From contig JBIKVS010000003.1 of assembly GCA_044356725.1 (NCBI GenBank), positions 34,446 to 98,445 on the forward strand: a DNA stretch of 64,000 bases. The letters are read 5' to 3'. How positions within the stretch are numbered: the stretch's first letter is position 1; every line of letters starts with the position of its first letter. A program made the translations under genes and the position numbers. This DNA is from Minisyncoccia bacterium. Lineage in GTDB: Bacteria; Patescibacteriota; Minisyncoccia; SW-4-49-11. This document shows positions 50,699-61,189 of this stretch, piece by piece. The notes beneath the pieces are model-generated. The model saw nothing but the letters and a program-made list of their open reading frames with translations. It was not told the DNA's origin and ran no database searches.

Positions 50699-53600
50699 TT
50701 ATATCTTATGCTCTAATAAATCTTGTATAAAATCATTTGTATTCTTATTATTGTCTTTATAAATTGAAATGTCCGGAAAATCTAAACTCAATATTTTATG
50801 GTAAATAATCTGTACTAACCTTGCAATATAATCAATATCCTGATCTGTAATTGTCAAATCAAGTGAAATATATTCTCCTTCTATAGTAGGCTCCAAAAAG
50901 TCAATTCTACCCTTTATAGATTTATCTTGATATTGACCTGATAACTTTAATAGTAAAGCGTAAAACCATAATTGCCGCTTGAATGCATCTAGCTTATTAG
51001 CCTTAACTTTATTATCCCAATTTAGAATTGGGGTTCCAGTTTTGAAATCAACAACAGTATAATGATCAGTGTGTTCTTCTATTCTATCAATTATTCCAGT
51101 TAACGGTACATCCTCATATTCCAAAAACAATTGACCTATATTATACTCAGATTGATGAGGAGTTGCAAATTCATCTCTTTTAGCTTGTATTAAATTAGAT
51201 AATTTATCTTGTAGTTTATGTAAAACTAAATCTGTATCTTCCACACTTAATTTTTCTTGATATAAAGCTTTAATTGCAAAATTATTTAACTCATCTATTT
51301 CTGGAAATATTTGCTTAGTTTGTAATTGTATCGATATATAATTAAATATTTTATGTATGATATTTCCATAAGTCATTGCTGGGTTATTTATAGATGGGAA
51401 TCTTAACAATACTGACTCTAGTACATTTAGTGGTCCCCCATATTCTAAATCTACAAATTTATTAATATGAGAGGCACTTAATTTATAATTTTGTACTACT
51501 CCTTCCAAAAATGAAATCTCTTGTGTATGCAATGACAGTGGTTGTATAGATTTAAAAATACCTTGAGCTAAATCTTTATTATCTATATTTGGAGTAGGCT
51601 TGGGTGCTAGAAAATCTAAATATGATAAAGCTGGTCTTGCTTTACCTTTTTCATCATATAGGTGACTGGTTATAAACAAATTCAATTTAGATCTTGTGAG
51701 TGCTACAAATAATAATCTCAAGAAATCATCCTCTGAGTCCTGACGAGGTACGATAGGCAAATTCATAGGAAATGGATATGGAAAAGATTTCCCTTTTTTA
51801 CTCCAACCTTGTGCGTGAGCCCCTATAACAAATACTGTTTCAAACTCTAAGCCCTTCACTTTGTGTGCTGTCATTAACTTAACTGTGTGTTTACCACTGT
51901 TTAGGGACAAGTTAACCATCATACCACCTTGATTCTGATAAGCCTTAATTGTATTTAATCCATCTAAAAGGGTAATTCTTTTTCCCTTTTTATATGAAGT
52001 TATATTATGAATGAAAGCTTCAATTTTTGCTAAATTAGCAATATAAGTATTCTGGTCTAATTCAAAAGTATTGTTACCAAAATAGTATTGGTGAAATTTA
52101 GAATTAGTATCAACCTTACCATCAATTGAACCTATAAGTTTAAATATAATAACTTCAATCGTTTCATATTCAGACAGAATAGCTAAATTCAAAAATAATT
52201 TTCCTATTTCTTGTAATGATGCATCATTGGAATTATATAATCTTTCAATATGAGGCTGTTTATAATCTCTTATTTGGAAAAATTGCCAAATATCTAAAGT
52301 ATCTATTCCCCAAAATGGATAGCTCAAAATTTCTGGTAATAGATCATTACGCGGAGACTGTGTGGGAGTTAAAGAATATATAAACTGAAGCATTACCACC
52401 AACTGATGAATTATTGTTTCATTCAGTAAATTATATTGTTTTTCATAATCAATAGGTAAATCATATTCTGACAAAAAAGGTACTATTGCCTCTAAAGTCT
52501 TATGATTACGAGCGATAATTGCAATCTCAGATAAATCTACTTGCTGTTTACGATATTCTTCTATTGTGTTAGCAATCCAAGTATACTCTTGGGCTTGGCT
52601 TTGAAATTCATAATAAGCTAAATCTCCGTCTTGTCTTAATTTAGCTGATTCTAATTTTTTTTCTAAAACTTCAATTCTATTCTCTAATCTATCTTTACCC
52701 TGTGTAATTACCTGCCTTGAAATATTTAAAATCTCCTGTCTTGAACGATAATTCGTAGTCAGTACAATTAACTGAGCCGTTGGAAATTTATTTTGGAAAG
52801 ATAACATATGAGAGACATCGGCTCCTTGAAATCCATATACAGCCTGATCATCATCTCCTACTACTAAAATATTAGGTTCTGGATTATCCCCCACTAAACT
52901 CAAAACTAATTGCATTTGGGCTTCATTAGTATCCTGAAATTCATCCACTAAAATAAATTGATATTTTTCTTGTAATTTATCTCTTAAGCCTTCATTTTCT
53001 TTTAATAAAGTCAAAGCATTCAATAACATATCTGAAAAATCTAATAGTTGATTCTCATCTAAATAATCCTGATATCTTTGATAAATCTCTGCAATAGCCT
53101 TTTGTTTAGCTAATCTTTCAATATCGATTAAAGTCTTTTGGCCATCTCTACCCTTGATCAAATATTTCGTTCTCCACTGAGAAAGAGGGGTATATTTATT
53201 TTCTAATAATTCTGTTTCCTCTAAAGCTTCTAAAATAGATTTCTGTAATCTTGTCCCATAAGTTTCAAAATAATTATGAGAGTTGCTGACCGGGATAGAT
53301 TCCGCCAACATACGGATTTTAATTAATTTGTCCTCCCTATCTTTTTCACCACTAAAAGAAATATTACTAAATTCTTGTATAATTGGGATTATGTTATCAA
53401 ATTCTGCCTGATTTTGATTTAAAATTCTTATATATTCAGCTGGAGTAAGTCCTGCCTGCTTTAGATAATTAATACTTTTAGCTATATTCCCAATTAATTT
53501 ACTCCTGTCTGCACCTTTCGGAATTAAAATATGATTATAAGGTAATGTTGAGATAATATCTCCAATAATTTCTGCTATAAAGACATCATCGATAGCTACT

Positions 53601-53932
53601 CTGTCCATTCCTGCTGTATATTCCGTATAATCTTTTAATAAAGATTGACCAAAGCTGTGAAAAGTATGAATATTAACCTTATAAGCATCCTTCCCAATAA
53701 AAGAACCTAATCGCTGTCGCATATTATAAGCGGCCGCATCTGTAAAAGTAAGACAAATTATATTCTCAGGCAACACATCCTGAGTATTAAGAATATTAGC
53801 TACTCTAAGAGACAAAAGCTGTGTCTTCCCAGAGCCTGGACCAGCCACCACCATCACTGGCCCAATCAAAGTATCGACTGCTTGTTTTTGTTGTGGATTT
53901 AATTCTTGATAAGCTTTTGTATAATCAGACAT
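50699..53932 (-). CDS. UvrD/PcrA-type SF1 helicase with C-terminal PD-(D/E)XK nuclease (AdnB/AddA-like)
   Basis: AGPGSGKT, DEFQD, VGDDDQA, NYRS, H..KGLEF; C-terminal GIIDRI...VDFKTG...QL.FY. Confidence 0.9.
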   Translation of the reverse strand: MSDYTKAYQELNPQQKQAVDTLIGPVMVVAGPGSGKTQLLSLRVANILNTQDVLPENIICLTFTDAAAYNMRQRLGSFIGKDAYKVNIHTFHSFGQSLLKDYTEYTAGMDRVAIDDVFIAEIIGDIISTLPYNHILIPKGADRSKLIGNIAKSINYLKQAGLTPAEYIRILNQNQAEFDNIIPIIQEFSNISFSGEKDREDKLIKIRMLAESIPVSNSHNYFETYGTRLQKSILEALEETELLENKYTPLSQWRTKYLIKGRDGQKTLIDIERLAKQKAIAEIYQRYQDYLDENQLLDFSDMLLNALTLLKENEGLRDKLQEKYQFILVDEFQDTNEAQMQLVLSLVGDNPEPNILVVGDDDQAVYGFQGADVSHMLSFQNKFPTAQLIVLTTNYRSRQEILNISRQVITQGKDRLENRIEVLEKKLESAKLRQDGDLAYYEFQSQAQEYTWIANTIEEYRKQQVDLSEIAIIARNHKTLEAIVPFLSEYDLPIDYEKQYNLLNETIIHQLVVMLQFIYSLTPTQSPRNDLLPEILSYPFWGIDTLDIWQFFQIRDYKQPHIERLYNSNDASLQEIGKLFLNLAILSEYETIEVIIFKLIGSIDGKVDTNSKFHQYYFGNNTFELDQNTYIANLAKIEAFIHNITSYKKGKRITLLDGLNTIKAYQNQGGMMVNLSLNSGKHTVKLMTAHKVKGLEFETVFVIGAHAQGWSKKGKSFPYPFPMNLPIVPRQDSEDDFLRLLFVALTRSKLNLFITSHLYDEKGKARPALSYLDFLAPKPTPNIDNKDLAQGIFKSIQPLSLHTQEISFLEGVVQNYKLSASHINKFVDLEYGGPLNVLESVLLRFPSINNPAMTYGNIIHKIFNYISIQLQTKQIFPEIDELNNFAIKALYQEKLSVEDTDLVLHKLQDKLSNLIQAKRDEFATPHQSEYNIGQLFLEYEDVPLTGIIDRIEEHTDHYTVVDFKTGTPILNWDNKVKANKLDAFKRQLWFYALLLKLSGQYQDKSIKGRIDFLEPTIEGEYISLDLTITDQDIDYIARLVQIIYHKILSLDFPDISIYKDNNKNTNDFIQDLLEHKI

Positions 53933-54033
53933 ATTATAGATTTATATTACTTCATTATAGCATATAATATAAAAATAATTACCATCTTACAGAATAAGAC
54001 AGTAATTATTTTAAAGTTTACTATAAATTATAT

Positions 54034-55068
54034 TTACCAATTTAGAGTTCCTCCTGTCTGATATTCAATCACACGAGTTTCAAAGAAATTTTTCTCTTTA
54101 GCTAAGTCTACTGATTCTGACATCCAAGTGAATGGATTCTCGGTACCATATACAATTGGGAGTCCAACTCTTTGTAACCTTCTATCGGCAATATACTCAA
54201 TATATCGTCTAAAGCCATCTTGTGAAATCCCCATAATACCTTTAGGGAAACAAGTAGTAGCAAATTCATATTCGAGTCCAACTGCCTCTTTAATCAAATC
54301 AGTAATATGAGCCTGGAATTCTTGTGTCCACAATTCAGGCTGCTCCTGTTTAATCGCATTAATCATATCTGCTCCAAAGTTAAGATGTGTAGACTCATCT
54401 CTCATAATATATTGAATTTGCTCCGCACTACCTGGAAGTTTATTTTGTCTTTGGAATCCAAAAATAACAGCAAATGAACTATAGAAGAATATTCCCTCTA
54501 CAATCAAAGAGAAGACACAGAGATTCTCTAAGAACTTTTGGTCTGAGGCAAAGGTACCAGTCTTAAAATTAGAGTCAAAAATTCCTTCATTAAATGACAA
54601 GAAAAATGAAGCTTTATTATAAATACTGTCCACCTCTCGATACATATTAAAGATTTCTCCACTATCAAGCCCTAAGCTCTCAACAATATACTGATAAGCT
54701 TGAGTATGTATAGCCTCTTCATAAGCTTGTCTTAAAAGAAACATTCTAATTTCTGGGGAAGTAATGTGCTTATAAGTAGCTAGGACTAAATTATTAGCAG
54801 CTAAAGAATCAGCAGTAGTAAAGAATCCCAAGACAGTTTTAAAGGCAATTCTTTCATCTTCAGTCAATACATTATTTGACTTCCATTGCTCTACATCAAT
54901 TTGCATACCAATTTCGGTTGGCAACCAATGATTATTATTTCCAGTCATATATGCATCCCAAGCAAAAGTATGTTTCATTGGATGTAATTGCACCACATCG
55001 GCATCTTTACCATTGATAACTCTTCTGTCATTGATGTTAACTCTTTGATTTGTTTGTGTAATAGGCAT
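54034..55068 (-). CDS. nrdB: Ribonucleotide reductase class I beta subunit
   Basis: ADS, EEAIHTQAY (radical Tyr), EGIFFY, RDESTH, NFFETRV. Confidence 0.97.
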   Translation of the reverse strand: MPITQTNQRVNINDRRVINGKDADVVQLHPMKHTFAWDAYMTGNNNHWLPTEIGMQIDVEQWKSNNVLTEDERIAFKTVLGFFTTADSLAANNLVLATYKHITSPEIRMFLLRQAYEEAIHTQAYQYIVESLGLDSGEIFNMYREVDSIYNKASFFLSFNEGIFDSNFKTGTFASDQKFLENLCVFSLIVEGIFFYSSFAVIFGFQRQNKLPGSAEQIQYIMRDESTHLNFGADMINAIKQEQPELWTQEFQAHITDLIKEAVGLEYEFATTCFPKGIMGISQDGFRRYIEYIADRRLQRVGLPIVYGTENPFTWMSESVDLAKEKNFFETRVIEYQTGGTLNW

Positions 55069-55095
55069 ATTAGTGGTATTTATGATTTAATAATT

Positions 55096-57981
55096 TTATT
55101 GACAGGACTCACAAATCTGCCCCTCTATAACTGCAAATATATTAGATTTTGGAGGTTGAGGGGGTAAATTTGTAATAGATTGCTCTGAAGAGGTTATATC
55201 TTGCTTTTGCTGTATATTTGATATATTTCCTGAATTAGGTACTTCTGTAGTATTATTGACCGGATTAGCATTAACTGGATTATTAGTAAAATCTCGACGA
55301 TGAGTTGTACCAAATTCATTGATATTAACTGTAGATTTTTCTACTTGTGAAATAGCTAGAGTTCTTAAGTAATAAGTTGTTTTTACTCCCATTTCCCAAG
55401 CATACATATAGACATCAGCGATTTCTTTTCCAGATACTCCTCGATAAAAAATATTAAGTGATTGACTTTGATCTATCCATTTACCTCTATAAGCAGCGGC
55501 TTTGATTAACCATTTTGGATCAATTTCAAAGACTTCTTTATATTTCTCTTTAAGATTAGCTGGAATTTCATTAATCTGAGCAATAGACCCATCAAAGTAT
55601 TTTATCTTATCAGCAATACTTGGATTCCATAGACCAATTTTTTTCAAGTCCTCAATCAAATAGGAATTAATTACCGTAAAGTCTCCAGCCTGATTAGACT
55701 TGACATAAAGATTTTTATAAATTGGCTCTGCTGATGGAATAGTACCTCCGATATTAGCTGTAGTAGCTGTTGGAGCAATAGCCATAGTATTAGAATTTCT
55801 CATTCCATATTTTTTAATAGATTCTCTGACTACTGACCAATCTAATCTTTCTGTTCTATCTACTGAGATTTGCATTTCACGAGCTTGTTCTAAAAGCTGA
55901 ATAGTGTCTACAGGTAATAATCCTCTATCCCATTTTGAACCTTTGAATGTCTCATAAGCTCCTTTTTCTTGAGCTAATTGACTGGAAGCTAAAATTGCAT
56001 AGTATGAAATTAATTCCATAGATGTATCAGCAAATTGTACTGCTTGATCAGAGTCAAACTTAATATCTAATTGATATAAAGCATCATGAAATCCTGATAT
56101 ACCTAAACCAACAGGTCTATGTTTCATATTAGAAACTTTACCCTCTATGGTCGGATAAAAATTTACATCTATTACATTATCTAACATTCTCATCGCTATA
56201 GGTACAACTTTTGCAATTAAATCAGTGTCAAATTTACCATCTTTGATATAATATTTTAAATGTAATGACCCTAAATTACATACCGCCGTCTCTTCAGCAG
56301 AGTTATTGAGCGTAATCTCAGTACAAAGATTCGAATTATGAACTACACCTACATGGTCCTGAGGGGATCGTATATTAGATGGATCTTTGAAAGTAATCCA
56401 AGGATGCCCTGTCTCATATAGCATAGTAATCATTTTTCGCCAAAGATCTTTAGCCTTCATCCTCCTAAATAATCGAATCTTACCCTCATCAGCTAATCTT
56501 TCGTAGTTTTTATAAACTTTATTAAACTCCTGTCCATAAATATGATGTAAATCTGAAGTTTCATCTGGAGAGAATAATGTCCAATGTCCATCCTGTCTTA
56601 CTCTTTCCATAAATAAATCTGGAATCCAGTTAGCAGTATTCATATCATGAGTTCGTCGTCTCTCATCTCCTGTATTCTTTCTTAATTCCAAGAAATCCTC
56701 AATATCAATATGCCAAGTCTCCAGATAAACCACAGCTGCTCCTCGCCTTCTACCACTACGATTAATAGCTGCGGTAGTATCATTAGCAATCTTTAGAAAC
56801 GGCACTACACCTTGACTTTCTACCCCAGTTCCTTTGATAAGAGCTCCTATTCCTCGAACATTTGTCCAGTCTGTACTAAGTCCTCCAGACCATTTTGACA
56901 TCTGAGCTGTATCACCTATAACCTTAAATATACTTGCCAAATCATCTTCTACAGTATTTAGGTAACACGAGGATAACTGTGGATTAGTAGTTCCTGAATG
57001 AAATAAAGTTGGAGTTGAAGGAATATACTGTAAGGTAGACATAATTTCATAAAATTCCACAGCATATTTCTCACGATTTTCTGGTTTTTCAGCAAGAGCT
57101 ACTCCCATAGCTACGCGCATCCAAAATCCCTGAGGAGTATCAAACATTTTCTTACTAACTGGATCTTTGATAAAGTACCTATCATACAAAGTTTGAATTC
57201 CTAAGAATTGGAATAAATAATCTCGCTCAGGCTTCATTTTACCAGCCAACCATTCTAGATTATAGTCAAGCATATCCTTACTCAAAAGACCAACCTCCAC
57301 AGCAGACTTCACATTATTCACAAAAGAGTTCTTGTATAGACTATCTAGATTCTCATAATCCAAACCTTCCCCAATCACATTCTCATAAATGGTATTCAAA
57401 AGTAATCTGGCTGCCAAAATAGAATAGGCTGGATCTCTATCAATATAAGACCTAACAGTCATAATCATAATTTGGGCAATTTCTTTAGTAGTCATCCCAT
57501 CATAAATACTATTCTCTATCCCTGATACAATCAGATTCATATCAATATCATTTTCTAAACCTGATATATGATAGGATAAAGTCTTAGTAATATTATATCG
57601 ATTAAAAGATGCCACTTCTCCAGAAGATTTACGGACTTTGAGAGTAGGATGAGCTCCTTCCAGTTTAGCTTGTTCTTCCTTACGAGCATCGTCATGAGCT
57701 TTACGATAAAGAATATATCCCTTAGCGACATCATAGAAACCTCTTTCCATTAGCTTTTTCTCTACAATATCCTGTACCATCTCAACGGTAGGATAATTAT
57801 CCACGAATTGTTCATCTAATGTATGTACGACGGATTCAGTAACTCCATCTACTTGCTTTGCTTCCTCTGCAGTGAAGTTTTGTTTTACATCCAAGAAAGC
57901 CTTGCTGATTGCTTTCCAGATTTTAGCCTGATTGAATTCTACAACGGATCCATCTCTTTTGGTGATTTGTGTGACTGCCAT
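55096..57981 (-). CDS. nrdA: Ribonucleotide reductase class I alpha subunit with two ATP-cones
   Basis: ITKRDG and VRKSSG cone starts; SSCY, SNLCTEI, APTA, TTYY; C-terminal CESCQ. Confidence 0.98.
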   Translation of the reverse strand: MAVTQITKRDGSVVEFNQAKIWKAISKAFLDVKQNFTAEEAKQVDGVTESVVHTLDEQFVDNYPTVEMVQDIVEKKLMERGFYDVAKGYILYRKAHDDARKEEQAKLEGAHPTLKVRKSSGEVASFNRYNITKTLSYHISGLENDIDMNLIVSGIENSIYDGMTTKEIAQIMIMTVRSYIDRDPAYSILAARLLLNTIYENVIGEGLDYENLDSLYKNSFVNNVKSAVEVGLLSKDMLDYNLEWLAGKMKPERDYLFQFLGIQTLYDRYFIKDPVSKKMFDTPQGFWMRVAMGVALAEKPENREKYAVEFYEIMSTLQYIPSTPTLFHSGTTNPQLSSCYLNTVEDDLASIFKVIGDTAQMSKWSGGLSTDWTNVRGIGALIKGTGVESQGVVPFLKIANDTTAAINRSGRRRGAAVVYLETWHIDIEDFLELRKNTGDERRRTHDMNTANWIPDLFMERVRQDGHWTLFSPDETSDLHHIYGQEFNKVYKNYERLADEGKIRLFRRMKAKDLWRKMITMLYETGHPWITFKDPSNIRSPQDHVGVVHNSNLCTEITLNNSAEETAVCNLGSLHLKYYIKDGKFDTDLIAKVVPIAMRMLDNVIDVNFYPTIEGKVSNMKHRPVGLGISGFHDALYQLDIKFDSDQAVQFADTSMELISYYAILASSQLAQEKGAYETFKGSKWDRGLLPVDTIQLLEQAREMQISVDRTERLDWSVVRESIKKYGMRNSNTMAIAPTATTANIGGTIPSAEPIYKNLYVKSNQAGDFTVINSYLIEDLKKIGLWNPSIADKIKYFDGSIAQINEIPANLKEKYKEVFEIDPKWLIKAAAYRGKWIDQSQSLNIFYRGVSGKEIADVYMYAWEMGVKTTYYLRTLAISQVEKSTVNINEFGTTHRRDFTNNPVNANPVNNTTEVPNSGNISNIQQKQDITSSEQSITNLPPQPPKSNIFAVIEGQICESCQ

Positions 57982-58060
57982 ATCTGTATATATTATATTT
58001 ATCTAATTATTATGAGCGGTAAAATTATTATATCAGAATTATTCTGTATATACAACTTTT

Positions 58061-58076
58061 ATACTATATATAGTAT
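58061..58076. promoter_or_regulatory. Candidate NrdR box
   Basis: ATACTATATATAGTAT palindrome fits acaCwAtATaTwGtg, 80 bp upstream of nrdA. Confidence 0.6.
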
Positions 58077-58131
58077 AAAAAAGCTAATTTATATCACTAT
58101 AGATAATTTAAAACATTTATTTTTAAATTAG

Positions 58132-58217
58132 TTATCCACAATTAGCAAAGCATATTATGCCAAAATATTGTCTACTCAATAATTAATATAATTCAATTAT
58201 TTATATAGTTATTCACA
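58132..58217 (+). promoter_or_regulatory. Two DnaA boxes upstream of nrdA
   Basis: TTATCCACA at 58132-58140; TTATTCACA at 58209-58217. Confidence 0.6.
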
Positions 58218-58220
58218 ATA

Positions 58221-58255
58221 TACAAAAAAGAGCCTTTTTCAGACTCTTTTTTGTA
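58221..58255 (-). terminator. Terminator after rplA
   Basis: TACAAAAAAGAG...CTCTTTTTTGTA inverted repeat. Confidence 0.7.
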
Positions 58256-58274
58256 ATCTAATTATCAACTAAAA

Positions 58275-58955
58275 TTATAATTTAACTTTAATAGATGGAC
58301 TTTGGGTAAGAGATAGGTAAATATTCTTTACAAATTCACCCTTGACTTTTTCTGGTTGATGTTTTTGTACTTCTGCTACAAAATCCCTGATATTCTTCTC
58401 TAATTCCTCTACACTGAAAGTAACATTACCAATAGCTTGATGAATTACTCCAGTTTTATCCATTCTAAACTCTGACTTTCCAGCCTTAAATTCTTGAACT
58501 ACTCTTTCTACATCATCAGTCACTGTACCGTTTTTAGGAGATGGCATTAATCCTTTTGGCCCCAAAATTTTAGCTACAGGAGCTACAAATCTCATAAAAT
58601 CAGTAGTAGCTATAATTACATCATAGTTAATTCCACCAGACTGCTTAATCTCATCCACAATTTCCTTACCTCCAACTCTATCTGCTCCAGCTGCTTGAGC
58701 TTGCTTTAATTTAGACTCATCTTCAGTAAGTACAAGTACTGTTTTTCCTTTAGCTACTGGTTTACTAAAAATAATACCACCTCTAACAGACTGAGGACCT
58801 TTAGTTCCTTTAAGATTTGCCTTAATATGAACATCTACACTTTCAGTGAATTTAGCTCTTGATAAACTTAAAACCAACTCCACTGCTTCAGTAAGTGGAT
58901 AAACCTTGGTGCGGTCTATTTTTTCTAAAATATTGCGATATGATTTAGATCTCAT
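58275..58955 (-). CDS. rplA: 50S ribosomal protein L1
   Basis: AKFTESVD, ILGPKGLMPSPKNGTV. Confidence 0.98.
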   Translation of the reverse strand: MRSKSYRNILEKIDRTKVYPLTEAVELVLSLSRAKFTESVDVHIKANLKGTKGPQSVRGGIIFSKPVAKGKTVLVLTEDESKLKQAQAAGADRVGGKEIVDEIKQSGGINYDVIIATTDFMRFVAPVAKILGPKGLMPSPKNGTVTDDVERVVQEFKAGKSEFRMDKTGVIHQAIGNVTFSVEELEKNIRDFVAEVQKHQPEKVKGEFVKNIYLSLTQSPSIKVKL

Positions 58956-58970
58956 AATTATTATAGTTAT

Positions 58971-59009
58971 GTAGTGCTAACGAATATTATAAAAATAATA
59001 CTCTCCTAC
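58971..59009 (-). promoter_or_regulatory. L1-binding autoregulatory RNA element between rplK and rplA
   Basis: GUAG-GAG-[AGUAUUAU/AUAAUAUU stem]-CGUUAGCA-CUAC has the architecture of the Firmicute L1 operator (GUGG-GAG...CGCUA..A-CCAC). Confidence 0.65.
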
Positions 59010-59431
59010 TCTGTTATTTCGATTCCCATTGAGCGGGCAGTTCCTTCTACTATCTTAATAGCAGCTTCTAGATTGAAAGCATTCAAATCTGGAAGCTTTT
59101 TCTCAGCAATAGCTGATACTTGTGCTTTGGTTAATTTACCAACCTTAGCTTTATTAGGAGTAGCTGACCCTTTATCTAATTTTAACTCTTTTTTAATAAG
59201 AGCGGAGACTGGAGAAATTTTTAATACAAAGTCATAGGTTCTATCATCGTAAATGGTCACCTCTACCGGTACAACATCTCCAATTTGCTCTCTAGTAACA
59301 TCATTGAATTTAATACAAAATTCTTGTAACTTAATTCCATGGGGTCCTAAAGCGGTTCCAACTGGTGGAGCTGGATTCGCTTGACCTCCTTTAACTTGTA
59401 GTTTAACTACTGATTTAACTGGCTTACTCAT
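59006..59431 (-). CDS. rplK: 50S ribosomal protein L11
   Basis: GQANPAPPVGTALG, GTARSMGI. Confidence 0.98.
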   Translation of the reverse strand: MSKPVKSVVKLQVKGGQANPAPPVGTALGPHGIKLQEFCIKFNDVTREQIGDVVPVEVTIYDDRTYDFVLKISPVSALIKKELKLDKGSATPNKAKVGKLTKAQVSAIAEKKLPDLNAFNLEAAIKIVEGTARSMGIEITE

Positions 59432-59533
59432 AGACTCTATTCCCTATTATTACATAATATAAATCTAATTATAGCATAAACATATTGTTTTGTGAAGAGG
59501 ATATATAGATAACCATTCCGGAACAACATTAGA

Positions 59534-61189
59534 CTACTTTTTCTGACAAGCTTTGATAAAACCCTTGAATAGAGGATGCGGATTTAGTGGGTGTGAGATG
59601 AATTCAGGGTGAAATTGAGTAGCTATAAAGAATGGGTGACTTGTTAATTCTATTATCTCTACAAGATTATTATCTGTATTAATACCCGCAACTGTAAGTC
59701 CAGCTTGCTCTAATTGCTCCCTATACTTATTATTAACTTCATAGCGATGCCTATGTCTTTCTACAATTTTAGCTGTATTATATAATTTACGAGTTAAAGT
59801 TTTAGGACTTATTTCACAACTATATTCCCCTAATCGCATACTACCTCCCATTACTCCTTCTTTAATATTAACATCCTGTCCTTCCATAGTAGTAATAACT
59901 GGATTTTCTGTTTTAGCATCGATTTCAGTAGTATGGGCATTTTTTATCTTAGCTACATTACGAGCAAATTCCACTACCGCTAATTGCATTCCATAACATA
60001 AGCCTAAATATGGGATTTTGTTTTCTCTGACATATTGGATAGCCTTCAATTTACCTTCTACACCTCTCTCACCAAAACCTCCTGGAATAATAATGCCTGC
60101 ATATTGTTTAAGATTAGATAATTTTTTAGGGTCACTTTCAAATTCCGAACTATCTATCCAATCTATAACTGGTTTTTGCTTATAAAAATAACTTGCATGT
60201 TTAATGGCTTCAATAACTGAAATATAAGCATCGCTCAATACAAAATTTCCGCTACTAAAGTACTTCCCAACTATTCCGATCTTTAACTCCTTAGTGGAGC
60301 CATCTATCTTTTGAGTAAAGTTAGTCCAATTTTTAAGGTCTCTTTTCTTCGGTCTCAGGTCTAATTTTTTCAAGATTTTAGTAGATAAATTATCTATTTC
60401 AAAATTAATAGGTACATGATAAATACTATCTACATCCGGAGCTGATATTACATCATCAACCGCAATATTACACATTACTGATAGTTTTTGCTTTCTAACT
60501 TCATCTAATGGATGACTTGAACGGGCAACTATCATATCTGCTTGTATCCCTGCACTGTTGAGTAACCTAGAGGCATGTTGAGTAGGTTTGGTTTTCATCT
60601 CCCCGATTTTACTAGGAATTGGCAAATAACTAACTAGGACAAATAATACATCTTGGGGATTTTCTAATTTCAGCAATCTAGCGGATTCTAAAAACAATAA
60701 GTTTTCATACTCTCCCGCAGTACCTCCAATTTCAATAATTGTAATGTCAGCATCATGAGTAGCCTGAGCTTGCTTAATCCGCTCTGTCACTTCATTGGGT
60801 ATATGGGGAACTACACTTACACATTTACCTCCAAATTTGAGAGATCGTTCTTGCTCTATCACTGACTGATAAACTGAACCTGTAGTCATATAATTAGTTC
60901 GGGTTAATTTAGTGTCGAGAAATCTCTCATAATTACCCATATCCTGATCACATTCCAAACCATCAGCCAATACAAATGTCTCCCCATGCTCCAATGGATT
61001 CATAGTGCCCGCATCTACATTTACATAAGGATCTATTTTAACTGCAGTAACTTTAAATCCTCGAGACTGTAATATAAGTGCTACAGAAGAAGTTGTAATT
61101 CCCTTACCCACTCCTGACATGACACCTCCAACTACAAAAATATATTTGGGGTTTATTTTCCTGACTTTATTATTTTTCCGACTTGACAT
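59534..61189 (-). CDS. pyrG: CTP synthase
   Basis: GGVMSGVGKG, KTKPTQH, PGGFG, CYGMQ, RHRHRYE, QFHPE. Confidence 0.98.
   Translation of the reverse strand: MSSRKNNKVRKINPKYIFVVGGVMSGVGKGITTSSVALILQSRGFKVTAVKIDPYVNVDAGTMNPLEHGETFVLADGLECDQDMGNYERFLDTKLTRTNYMTTGSVYQSVIEQERSLKFGGKCVSVVPHIPNEVTERIKQAQATHDADITIIEIGGTAGEYENLLFLESARLLKLENPQDVLFVLVSYLPIPSKIGEMKTKPTQHASRLLNSAGIQADMIVARSSHPLDEVRKQKLSVMCNIAVDDVISAPDVDSIYHVPINFEIDNLSTKILKKLDLRPKKRDLKNWTNFTQKIDGSTKELKIGIVGKYFSSGNFVLSDAYISVIEAIKHASYFYKQKPVIDWIDSSEFESDPKKLSNLKQYAGIIIPGGFGERGVEGKLKAIQYVRENKIPYLGLCYGMQLAVVEFARNVAKIKNAHTTEIDAKTENPVITTMEGQDVNIKEGVMGGSMRLGEYSCEISPKTLTRKLYNTAKIVERHRHRYEVNNKYREQLEQAGLTVAGINTDNNLVEIIELTSHPFFIATQFHPEFISHPLNPHPLFKGFIKACQKK

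Noticed and set aside
54034-55068. Class Ic (Mn/Fe) ribonucleotide reductase beta subunit
   Set aside because: The first ligand is Asp and the radical Tyr is present (EAIHTQAY), consistent with a tyrosyl-radical class I enzyme.
58132-58217. Replication origin suggested by DnaA boxes
   Set aside because: Only two boxes, no dnaA/dnaN nearby and no switch in gene-strand bias; promoter regulation of nrdA is more parsimonious.
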